Shown here: one piece after another, positions 14,260 to 26,245 of the stretch
Numbering within the stretch: the first letter of the stretch is position 1
How the letters are laid out: each line of letters begins with the position of its first letter
Assembly (NCBI GenBank): GCA_964016885.1
Contig: OZ024751.1
Location: 21,824,001-21,888,000, forward strand
DNA length: 64,000 nt
DNA from: Eledone cirrhosa
Lineage: Eukaryota
Direction of reading: 5' to 3'
Position numbers and translations under genes: made by a program
Notes under the pieces: generated by a model
Databases searched by the model: none
What the model was told of the DNA's origin: nothing
What the model saw: the letters and a program-made list of their open reading frames with translations, nothing else

Positions 14260-14630
14260 GGAATTGAACCCATGATTTTCTGATCACAAGTCCTACACCT
14301 TAACCACTAGGCCATGTACCTTCACTAACCAAGTTGTTATGGTGAGAAATCCTACACCTTAACCACTAGGCCTTCACCAAACCAAGCTATAATTATGAGT
14401 ACAACACCATAACCACTAGGCCACGTGACTTCACAAACCAAGTTGTTATAATCATAAGTCCTACACTTTGACCATTTAGGCCACGTGACTTCACAAACCA
14501 AATTGTAATGATCAGGAGTCCTACACTTTACTACCAGTCCACATGCCTTCACTAATCAAGCTGTTATCATAAGTCCTACACCTTGACCACTAGGCTACGT
14601 GACTTCACTAACCAAATTGTAATGATCATA
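14260..14630 (-). repeat. Tandem array of SINE tRNA-head 5' halves (~59-bp unit, about 6 copies)
   Basis: Repeating cctacaccttaaccactaggccacgtgacttcactaaccaag. Confidence 0.85.
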
Positions 14631-14951
14631 AGATACCTTACTGAATACTTTTACACAGCAATAACAGTCTAACACCAGTAACCTTTTGATAGTCATTAAA
14701 ACAATCCAGTCATATTTTCTTTGCAATACTTATCTTGTAAGATTTCCTGTTCTTTGATTTAAAGTTATCTTACATTAGCAGTTAAATATCACCGAACAGT
14801 CATATAATAACATAATACATTTTTATGCTATCTAACCATTCTATCTTTCTCTTTTCCTCTTTTTTCTTTAGACATCAAAAATAATTAAAATTTGTTTTCC
14901 GTTCAGGACATGTAGAGTAGATTTGCATGGTCTCCTAGCCATAATTCTTCT

Positions 14952-15056
14952 CACGTGTAGCTTCTTAGACAAGCAAAGCCAAAACATGTGCACCTTCTAG
15001 GACAAGCAAAGGCAAAACACGTGCACCTTCTAGGACAAGCAAAGGCAAAACACGTG
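14952..15056. repeat. 32-bp tandem repeat, 3 copies
   Basis: cacgtgcaccttctaggacaagcaaaggcaaaa. Confidence 0.85.
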
Positions 15057-16328
15057 GTGGTAGCTGTATTCTTCCTCACAATTTGTGAACAGATTTGACA
15101 ACTGTCATTGTCCAGTTTTAGCCATGAGATGCATTCAAATAGGTTGGAAAATCACAATCAAAATTAGGCAACAAAAATAATTATTTCCAGTTTCTGTGGA
15201 ATTAAAATCTAGATGAAACCAGCTGTTTGTTCTTGCCAGCTACCGTATTTCTCATGAAAGACATCTTATGATTTTCAATTAATTTTGAAAATGACTAATA
15301 ATTTTTGATTATTAAGCTGGTATTTTACATAAAATTAAAATGTTTTTTGAAAAACATTTTAGTTGTGTCTAGGACATGAGACCCCTTGTAGTGCTGGGAA
15401 TCTACACAATAAAAGCACCCAACACACAGTTAAGTGGTTGGGGATAGGGAGGGCATCCAGCTATAGAAAGCTTGCCAAACAAGGAATTAGGAGGATCCTT
15501 CAGTTTGTGCAAAAGACACAACTTCTCTCCACTCGATAGAATGTATGACTATATAAAATGGAAAATCACTCGGCCTGTCTGGGAGAGCAATAGCCCTACT
15601 TCAGTACTGACTTGGTCTATGTAGACATATCCAACCCTTGCTAGCAGGGAAATTGGATGTTAAATGATAATTTTAAAATAAACAGTCTTGTATCAGGAGC
15701 AGTTTCAGGGTATCAAAAAGGTTAATTAGATGAAATCAGCCAAGTTACTGTATAGAGTGCCAAGACCTTTTGTTAGAGGAATTAAATCTAGCACAGGACC
15801 CAACAAATCTTTCATCACTTTTACAGTAATTCTATTTCTTATAAACCTTTTTTTTAAACAAAAACAACTATCAATTCACCACCAACCAGAAAATGAGATT
15901 GTAAAAGAGTAAATAAAAGAAAAAGAGAGGTCTTAATCCGTATGGTGAGCAAATGGGGTGTGTTGTTCTTGAGCAAGACACTTTATTTCACATTGCTCTA
16001 GTTCACTCAGCTATAGAAATGAGTTGCAACATCATTGGTGCCATGCTGCATCAGCATTTCTTTTCCCCTTGGACATCGGTGGCAAAGAGAGGGGAGGCTG
16101 GTAATGGATGGGCAACTGTTGGTCTTCCACAAAAATCATGCCCAGAGGGGAATTTTGTAGGTGCATTCATGATCGAAGGAGGTCTCTACTTCTCTCTCTC
16201 TCTATATATATATATATATAGATAGATATATAAAGACCCCTTCAGTCACAAATGATCGTGAGATTTGCACCTAGAAAGTTCCCCTCTAGGGCACAAGCCT
16301 GTGTAAGGTTATATATATATATATATTA

Positions 16329-16664
16329 GGAGGCACATGGCTTAGTGGTTAGAGCATTGGCCTTGCAATCGAAAGGTTGTGAGTTCAATTCTCAGACCGG
16401 GTGATGTGTTGTTTCCTTGAGCAAGACACTTTATTTCACATTGCTCCAGTTTACTCGGCTGTAGAAATGGGATTGAGAGGGACTGGGGTCCATATCATTC
16501 CACTGCAAAGTGGTCGTGGAGGTGCCACGGCAAAAAAGCACCCAGCACTCACTGTAAATGAGGTTGGTGTTAGGAAGGGCATCCAACTGTAGAAATCAAG
16601 CCAGCATCAGTTCCCGTCCCACCCTTGCAAGCAGGGAAAAAGCGGACGTAAAATGAAATGATGA
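16329..16664 (+). mobile_element. tRNA-derived SINE with RTE-like tail
   Basis: A box tggcttagtggttagagc, B box gagttcaattc, cttgagcaagacac core, tail ending ggacgtaaaatgaaatgatgat. Confidence 0.85.
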
Positions 16665-17559
16665 TATATATACACACACAACTGATTTACTAATGTAATG
16701 TATCCCTATTCTTCTGCCTAGTTCTGTTATATATTTGTAAGATATTAAAATATGTTGTCTCCATAACATTATCTTTTACGAGTGTGCTCTGAACTTTTCA
16801 TTGAGCGGTTAATATATGTATACCATCATCATTACTGTTATACATCTTTTTTCCATACTTGCACAGGTTAGATAAGTTGTCATGTTATGAGGCTAGACAG
16901 ATCAAACAACTGTGTTGCTCATACATTCCATTCTGGTATTGTTTCTGTGACTAGATGTCCTTCCTATTGCCAACTACTGAGTAACAGGTAAGGGTTAATT
17001 ATAATTAGATAACTGTTTCTACTTTCGGCACAAGGCCAGCAATTATCCAGTACATTACTGGTACTTTATTTTATCGACCATGTAAGGATGAAAGGCAAAG
17101 TGAACCTTGGCGGGATTTGAACTCAGACCGTAAAGGGACGTAACTATGCTGGAAAGCATGGCGTCCGACTCTCTACCGATACTGCCAATCCACCGGTTAT
17201 AATTAGATAATAAAACAAAACCAGTATACCTAGAATAATAATCTATTAATATTAACAAATAAAGAGTATTTATAGCAGTGGCGGTTAATATAATCTAGGA
17301 GCTAATCCTACTCTATCTGATAGGATTATCTCTTAGCTGACTACTTTGAAGACACCTTATAGTACTTGTTCTTGTGTTGGCATTCAGCCAGGATGAGCTA
17401 AGCTGGTGTGCTTGGATTCAACCTGTAAATCCACAGCATCTTGAACAAAGACCATATGTGCATGGTGACAGTAATTATAGAAGTTTGATGCAGATATTGT
17501 CAGCTAGTTATCATTCCAATGGCAAACACTAAATGTGCAAGGACTAGATATTAGCTGAA

Positions 17560-17764
17560 CCCTTTAGCATTTACATAACTCTATATTTACTATTATATTT
17601 TTATAGTAAAGACTTTACCTCACATAATATCGAATCTACAAGATTTTGATATTATTTATTTTGAGAACAATACCTTATCAGTATGAGCGGCCGGTTACAG
17701 CCAGTTTGAACAGAAAGAGGTGAGAGAATTCTGGCCAGATATGGCCAGTTTAAATGCTAAAGGG
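17560..17764 (+). mobile_element. piggyBac-type MITE family A
   Basis: CCCTTTAGCATT...AATGCTAAAGGG|TTAA termini; seven similar copies in the window. Confidence 0.85.
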
Positions 17765-18159
17765 TTAAGATACAATTTTTATTGAAAATACCGAGTTTTT
17801 ATTAGTTCATGCCTAAATTTTTCACAGGAGAGAGACAGAGGAATATTTCTTTTGCTATAGTAGTCATCATCAGCAAATAATAACTGTAGTGTTTTGATTT
17901 TTAATAAAGAAATAATTAACTTAAATTATTATAATTAGATTCGATTGTCCACCAACAAAGATAAATTAGTTCTGTCGCCCTCCTGTGAAAATTTCATGGA
18001 TTAACCAATCAAAACTCAGCTTTTCCGATAGTGCTGTCTAACCTATTTCAATTACTCCATGTTGAAACTATATACTGGTGGTTCACACCAGATTTATTCT
18101 CAGACTGACATGTCAAGAAAATAGAATGCAGATACAATTGTGCATCTCTACTTCATTAA

Positions 18160-18380
18160 CCCTTTAGCATTTAAACCGGCCATATCTGGCCAGAATTCTC
18201 TAACCTCACTTCTTTCTGTTCAAACTGGTCGTAACCAGCCGTTCATACTGACGTTAAGGTATTGTTCTCAAAATAAATAACATCAAAATCTTGTAGATTT
18301 GATATTATGTGAGATGAAGCCTTTACCACAAAAGTACAATAGTATATATATATATATAGAGTAATGTAAATGCTAAAGGG
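18160..18380 (-). mobile_element. piggyBac-type MITE family A (inverted relative to the 17560 copy)
   Basis: TTAA|CCCTTTAGCATT...AATGCTAAAGGG|TTAA. Confidence 0.88.
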
Positions 18381-19131
18381 TTAAGAGATATATCATCATC
18401 ACCCCCACACTACCACTTAACATCTATTTTCCCATGCTTGACATGGCCGAGAAGAAAGATCAAATAATAAGCACCACCACAATAGTCCATTGAAACTTTA
18501 TTTGTGGCTGGCTGGGCAGAAGGATGGAGTTGGGTGGAGGACAGGCACAAACAAAAATGACCTGGTTCAACACAACTTTTGTTTGGTACATAAGACCAAA
18601 AGATGTTTATCAGCAATTGAAAAACACACACAGTAATTTATCAAGAGAAAGCATGTAGTGTTATGTGTGTATACATTATACACATACAATAATTTATCAA
18701 GAGAAAGCGTGTATGTATGTGTATATATATATATATACACTCACACACACACACAGTATCAGTAGATAATGCACAAATAAACAGTTACATGAGACGAAGA
18801 GACAGCTGCACCTGTACCTCATCAGCCATCTTACTTGTGTGCAATTTCACACATTATGGTGGCTTTTTAATAAGATGCATGCGAAATTGCACACCAGCAT
18901 GGTGGCTAACGAGATAGAGATGCAGTTAGATGTCTTATGTAATTGATTTTCTGATTTTCTATATATATATAAAGTGTGCTAGCAACCGATGTGTCCAATA
19001 AAGATATATCTGTAGACATATAGTCTGTAACCGAGACTGCACCAATGTATATATAAATATACACTTTCAATATCTAGGTTTGTAAACATACCAGAAAATA
19101 CAAATTTCCCTGGAAATTGAAAAGTTGATAA

Positions 19132-19180
19132 ACACCTTTAATCAATTTTCAGGCCTAATTGGGCCCTCATCAGAAAGTGT
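19132..19180 (-). ncRNA. Minimal type I hammerhead ribozyme, sense to CSTF3 intron 3
   Basis: Minus strand reads acacttt CTGATGA gggcc caatta ggcct GAAA attgat TA aaggtgt: intact core, 7-bp stem I, 5-bp stem II, near-palindromic stem III. Confidence 0.75.
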
Positions 19181-20959
19181 GTATATCATCCAAACAACCA
19201 CAAGGAAAAGTCTTTTAGTGGGTTTACATACCATTGATCTTATTATTATTATTATTATTATATGTGAAAAAGTGTCCTGCATGGCTAAGATCATACAATG
19301 AATCATAACAGTGAGCAAAGACAACAGAAAAACAGATGAAACATAGTACAGCCCTTTCTCTTCAGTTGACCACTGGAGGTCTTTATGGTTTTGATGCTTT
19401 ATAGCCGATACCACTAGCTCCAGTGCACATGGGGACAGTAACAAATGGACACAAGACAAGATGATCCACACACACACATCCAACTTATGCCAGCATGGAG
19501 AGACATGTAATATTATAAACAAAAAGACACACACACACACACATAGCTTGCATCCTCCAAATATCATCAATTAACAATACACATTACATTAGTCTACATA
19601 TCTAAAAACAGCGAAAAGATTTGAATTTCCTGTTACATACATACACACTGTCGTGCCTGTGCATACAGCACATACATATATAGAGTAACCACATATACTA
19701 AACTGTCATATACACCCATAACATGAGCACAAGTACACTTACATATGTTTTTGGATCTCCATTGGTTCCAAGGATGAGTGTTACAGTTGTTCAACCAATG
19801 GAGCTATCTGCCAGTGAAATTAACATGCAAGTGGCTGAGCATTCGATGGATACGTGTACCCTCAAAGTAGTTTGTCAGGTAGATTTGTATGACAGATTGG
19901 CAAAGCCAGATGAGTGGACTGGAACAACGTGAAGTACAAGTTCTTACTCAAGGACACAGCACAACACCAGAAATCAAACTCCTGACCTCACGATTATGAG
20001 CCATTCACCTTAACCACTAAGCCACGCACCTTAACACATCACATGTACACACATTAACTCACTCGTGTTTTCACAAGTCCTTCGAACCATCTTGATCCAA
20101 TCTTACTCAAGAACACAACACAACAACAGAAATCAAACTCCCGACCTTATGGTTGTGAGTCAAACACGCCAACCACTAAGCCACACACTTTAACACACCA
20201 TATGTACATATTAACTCACTCGCATATTTATAAATCCTTGGAACTGTTAATCCAAACAAACAAAAAATGTTGCTACTGACTGGTTTGAATTTTGTTTAAA
20301 AAAAGAAAAAATTACATGTATCTCAAATAACATGCATGCACACATACATGTACACACACACACAAATGCATACACATACAAATTTCAAATAATTCTACGT
20401 GAATGTTCAAATATTGACATTACAAGATTAACTAGATTCCACACCACCATCATTAAGATTCCTGAATTATTTTTTTTTATCACACTACATCCTGGCTTAA
20501 TATCACAAAATATTTCAATATTTTTAAAATATAACACTACAAGGTGAAATCTGTTTCCCCACCACCATCAATCACCATTCTGGTTTAATATCACAAAATA
20601 TTTCAGTATTTTTTTTTTTATATTATGACACTACAAGGTTAAATGTTTCACCACTACCACATTTCCCATGACTTCCACATTTTTTCCCTTTTCTTTTTTT
20701 TGCCTTTTGTAAAAGTACTACATCCTGGTTTAATATAATATCACAGAATATTTTAAATGTTAAATATAATAGAAAAGGAACACAGCAGCAACAACATGGA
20801 AAGAAAAGAAAAAGAATTGGATGGAAATTTAAGAAGGTCTTTGATAGAATTTTTTTTAAAGGGCAAAAGGAGAAAAAAAAAGAAGACATCTGACTGAAAT
20901 GAAAGTTTACTAAACAGTTGCTACAATGTGCAGCAGATATAGGCACGGATAAATAAATG

Positions 20960-21135
20960 AAACAATTCAACGACTAGAGAAATAATGACAAAAAAATGTC
21001 TTTTCTAGTGAAGAACTGTTTATTGGCAGAAAATAGTTCATTTAGTTCAAATACTGCAATTTAAAAAGAACATATATACATATATACACAGACAAACATT
21101 ATATATATATTATATTATATATATAGCGTAAATAC
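20960..21135 (-). terminator. Candidate mini terminal exon (VFTLYI*) with poly(A) signal
   Basis: tgtcatttttttcag|GTATTT acceptor, TAA at 21117-21115, two TGTA motifs, AATAAA at 21024-21019, U-rich downstream element. Confidence 0.5.
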
Positions 21136-22458
21136 CTGAAAAAAATGACATGAAAATACAAACAAACAAAAAACATTATGAAGAACATTTTTTTTCGCTA
21201 CAGATGATTCAACACAAATATTTCTTTTTCTTTCTTTTTTTTTTCTATACCAACAATATAACATCTCACACACAGACTGACAGACAAGACTTAACTTTCA
21301 CATCTCTACCATTCACACAATCAAACATGTTCTGTTCAATGGCAAACTGACTATTTAGTATTTTCTATTGAAAATACTAAAAAGAAAGACAGAAAATTAA
21401 ATTATTATATTTCAACATTTAATTGACATGAAATAAATTTAAATTTAAAATATAAGTGGAAACAGAGACAATTATAACTTGTGCTATTGCACTATTTTAA
21501 TATTCATATTCTTTTTTTTTTTTAAGACAAGATAATCAACTGAAGTCACTTGTCATTGAACAAACTTGACTTTCACAACACCCAAAACATCTTACTCACA
21601 AGCTAAATCTATAATTTATATTTACTATTTTATTTTACATTGTTTTCAATTAACAGTGAAGATTAGCAAAACCTAAAGGATTAGATATTTATATATATAT
21701 ACACACACACACATATATTTCTATAATCAGCCTGTTTGGTGGTGGTACTGAAACTAATCCAACAACTGGTGTCAGATAGTAATTAAGAATTATAAAAACT
21801 ACATTTTGGCACATCATACAACATATACTAAATATCCCCATTCCATAACTTTCTAATTATAACTATACTGATAAATATGAACCAAGATTTCTTCAGTCTT
21901 CAGTAATATCATAATTCTTAATGTACACCACATGAAACTGCATTAGCAAGACAGTCTTAAAAAGTGAAAAACAACACTGACTGCACTACTCTAATACTGA
22001 AAATGTTTACAACAATCTGTCCAGTAGCAAAAATAATTCTTATTTACAGCTCACACGTACACAAATTTAGCTTGCCTACTACAAGGTTGAATCTCATAGA
22101 GGTTTCTTGGCTGTTTTAATAATAGGGGCTCCAATAGAGAAACCATTAAGATACAGATTTATAGATATTTTCTGCTAAATCATAACAGGATGTTGAAGTA
22201 ACTGAAAACACTATCAAATGTTTTTTGTGGCTGTATCGAAGACACCCGTGACTGATCAAATAAGCTATTTTCACTGAGTGTTTGATTTTATAAATTAGGT
22301 GGGAGTGAGGACATTACACCCAATACCCCTAGTTTTGCAATACAAAACAGCTTGTTTTGAACTGTTTATATTTATCTAAAAACCTTATATCAAAATTTTA
22401 TGTAAGAACCTTCAAGTTATGTTCCAAACACAAATCTTAATGAAAAAGATAACTACAC

Positions 22459-22740
22459 GGAGGTGCATGGCCTAGTAGTAAGAGTGTTGGACTTATGATC
22501 ATAACGTTATGGGTTTGATTCCTGGACTGGGTTGTGTTCTTGAGCAAAACGGTTCATTTCACATTGCACCCAGTACACTCATCTGAAAATGAGTAACAGC
22601 AATAGCTAGGGGATTAACCCTGCAATGGACTGATGTCCTGTCCAGGGGGAAGTCAGGTATTTTCAGTCACTTCAAGCTACGGAAACTGAGATAAGCACCG
22701 GTCTGATGAGACCCTAGGCTTGAGACATACTTTAGACTTA
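22459..22740 (+). mobile_element. tRNA-derived SINE (second tail type)
   Basis: tggcctagtagtaagagt / ggtttgattcc boxes, shared core, tail ttaaccctgcaatggactga...actttagactta; reverse copy at about 13380-13670. Confidence 0.8.
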
Positions 22741-23469
22741 GTTACATGACTAAATTTCTCTGAATTCTTCATTAATTTTCAAAATTATTAGAAAAATCAG
22801 TATTTTTCATTAGAAATATAACAAAAGACTAAATTTTCTAAAAAATTTGTTTTACAGAAACAATGAAAGTAAATGAAAGCTAGAGGAACAGCCTGCCATA
22901 TTCTGAGCTAAATTTACCCTCTAGTCTATCTCAGTAAGCACTTGGGATAAAATTAGAACATATCTTTTAATTCACATTATATTCTCTTCCTGGAAGATTG
23001 CCCACATATGTTTCTTTTATTGAAATACATCTCCTGAGAATATGAAATGAATTAAAAGAACTGAGGAATGAGGATGAGAGAGAAGGAGCGAGAGAAAGGA
23101 AAACATATATATATAGAGAGAGGGAGGGGGAACTAAATCAAACTAATGAATGGCATTCTATATGCCTCGCCACCACCAAACTACTATTTGATAACGCGTG
23201 CATGTCATAAATAATAAAAGTAGCTACAAATTAATTTATGTTCTTTATTTTTATAAGCCATTTCTTCAACTTTTAAAGCAAAGAACTAGTTCTCGTTTTC
23301 TATATTTCTGCATATCACTATTACATTTTTTTAAAATCTTTTTTCAGTTTTTTTTCTTATATTATTTATATATAAATATATATATTTGTTATCTAAACTG
23401 AAATGGCCCCAATATTTTCCAAAAGTGTCTTCACATACTATATATATTCAAATGTATATTAGCTTAAAA

Positions 23470-23632
23470 TTAACTACTTCAACACAGGCTTTTGACTATG
23501 AAAAATAGTCAAACAAGTGGGATATATAAGTGCCTAGAGACAGAAAATAGTAAACAGCATTGCAAGTGGAACACACATGCTCAACTGGTTCGACTATTTT
23601 TCCTAGTCAAAAGCCTGCATTGAAGCAGTTAA
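23470..23632. repeat. Inverted repeat / small MITE with TTAA ends
   Basis: About 50-bp arms: ttaactacttcaacacaggcttttgactatgaaaaatagtc / gactatttttcctagtcaaaagcctgcattgaagcagttaa. Confidence 0.8.
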
Positions 23633-23886
23633 CTAAATTAACATTTGAAATTCATGATTCAATTTTCACTCCTTAAAAAATACGATTATATATATATATA
23701 TTATAGTTGTACAATATCCTATAAAAGAACATTATACTACTGCAATAAACGTCACATGCATACTCATACCAAGTCTCACTCACACTAACACTCATATTCA
23801 TATACAACAAACTACAACATACATGCATGCATGAAGGAAGGAAGAAAACACAGTCTAAAATAGCATTGAAGACAAACTCGAAAAAA

Positions 23887-23985
23887 TCAAAACGCAAAAA
23901 GCCTGATGTCAGACTGTTTTATGATTTCAATGTACAGTGGGTTCCCCTCCATCTGGCCTACTGGAGAGGAACTGCCTTTGGAAGG
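23887..23985 (-). CDS. Candidate alternative terminal exon in CSTF3 intron 3 (PSKGSSPVGQMEGNPLYIEIIKQSDIRLFAF*)
   Basis: ttttaatttttaataccag acceptor, phase-0 frame of 32 codons plus TGA, followed by non-repetitive U/GU-rich sequence and AATAAA at 23249-23244. Confidence 0.35.
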   Translation of the reverse strand, partial: PSKGSSSPVGQMEGNPLYIEIIKQSDIRLFAF

Positions 23986-25421
23986 CTGGTATTAAAAATT
24001 AAAAGTGCTGATATCTCTACATTAGCAAACAAAAGTACCAGGACAATTGGAGACTTAAAAAAAAAATTGTAATAAAACTTTCCCCACCTCACCATTAAGT
24101 GGATTTATACGGGACAAAAATCAATCTTTATGTTAAATAAATACCATGTAACTATAAACGTAGTCACATTAAAAATATACAATGAAAAATATTCATTTAC
24201 ATTTATAACGCTAACAAACAGAAAATCATCAGAAATTTATTAATATGCCTCACACTGATACAAGGCCAAAAGAAAAATATAAGAATATATCCATGACCGG
24301 TACTTATTTTACTGACTCCTAACACCAATCATAGGCAAAGTTGATATCAATGACATTTAGCCTCAAGACATTATACTATATAACTATCCTTAAAGACATC
24401 CATTTTAACCTTTTTGGTAGTAACCTTCATGAAACTGCCCTTGATTCTGTAATACAAAACTGCCAATTTTCAAAGGGTTTATATTTTAATCTAAGCAAGC
24501 AGCCTTTCAACATAATATATCTGAAAGAACATTTTGTTATGTTCTAAACACTAGCTTTCAAATGGAGAAGTTAGATATTTTATTAAATCCTTCAGTATTC
24601 TTCATTATTTAAAAAATTAACTGAAACACCTTCACAGCATATTTGATTATGAATCATCATCATCATCATTATTATATATTTGTTTTCCAAGCTGATATAG
24701 GTTGGACTAGAAATATGGGTTAAAGAAATTTACTTTAGATAATTACGTTATTTTCTCTAGTATGCGGGCTTTTTTTTTTATAACATTTAATTTCCTTCTG
24801 AACTAATCCAACAGATGCGCATTTATCATATCAAGATCAATATTTGTTGGTTGAGAAGTGAATGATTAAACACACCTCGTTAACAACATCTAATAAGCCA
24901 CTCAAAATGCTTTCAATTTTTTTCTTTTCCTTCCTATATCTATACAGCTAACCAAAGAAGAATTTTCGAAACAAATATAACAAAAATTTTCAAAAAAGAA
25001 TTATCAAAATGAGAAATATTTCTTAAAAATTTTTTTTCTGTTAAAGTAAAGTCATATTGATTTGTAACCAAATAGATAAGTAGCTACTAAATCAAATTTT
25101 AAAAATAAAATAGATACTACATTTCTCTAGTTATTTTTCAACTTACACTAAATTTTAAAGTATGAATCCAAGTGTTTTGCTCTATTAATTTTATTTGCCT
25201 TTACCCCATTATAAAAATTTATATATTTTATCTTGTTTTCTCCCTGCGTATTCAAGGAGGGAAGGCCACAGACCATGACCCTTTTTCCTGGCCTCTGAGA
25301 CTGGTAGGAAGGAGAGGAAAGTATCCTCAAAATGGAGACCTGGTCCAAATGCTTGCAACAAACTCTACTAAAGGCACCCAAGGGCTAGGTGGTGGTGGTG
25401 TTAAACTGGCCAATGGTTTAA

Positions 25422-25614
25422 CCCTTTAGCATTCACATTACTCTATATATACTATTGTATGTTCTTTAAAGGCTTTACCTCACATAATATCGAATCTATG
25501 AGATTTTGAAAGTATTTATTTTGAGAACAATACCTTAACATCAGTTTGAGCGACCAGTTACAGCTAGTTTCAACAGAAAGAGGTAGAGAATTCTGGCCGG
25601 TTTGAACGTTAAAT
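25422..25614 (+). mobile_element. piggyBac-type MITE family A, right TIR truncated
   Basis: Left TTAA|CCCTTTAGCATT and family body. Confidence 0.8.
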
Positions 25615-26119
25615 AAAATAGCCAATAAAATATACATAAAGCCTAACATTTAAGAGGCATTATATATATATATATATATATATATAAAAACTAATGATAA
25701 AGTGGATGAAGTATTAAATTAGCCAAGTCATATGTTCATATTGGCTGCAAACATTTTGTTGAGTCAGTATACAGAACAATCCTATATACCATGAGAGACA
25801 GCTAGCTAGTGGAAATAAGTACCAGGATCTTATTAAAAAGCTCCCTGAAATAGATTGGCATTCTATATAGAAGGGGGCAGAATGATTTGAACTGCATCTG
25901 CTTAAGGACACTTGTGATTTTCGGAGGAGGGGAAAAAATTATGGCATTATATAAGATGCTTGTTATAAAATCTAAACTGAAGGGAAATCTTTACCCCACT
26001 AAGTTAGGAATTAGAAGTTAAAATTCTGAGTTCTGTACCAAGATGTTAGAAAGAGAAAATAACAACCACAACATATACTGTTTTTATTAGTTTTTGTGTT
26101 TTCTCTCTTCAAAATCTTG

Positions 26120-26210
26120 CTTTCAACACAAACAAAAACAACAGGCTAACAGGAATATAACTGCAGGGGTATTATTTAATATTTTTATGAAAGACATGGG
26201 AATTTTTATT

Positions 26211-26245
<35 letters not shown>

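Noticed and set aside
16329-16400. tRNA genes
   Set aside because: A/B boxes run into SINE bodies with no full cloverleaf; same for the other copies.
22695-22740. CTGATGA as a hammerhead core
   Set aside because: No GAAA or stem I; it is part of a SINE tail.
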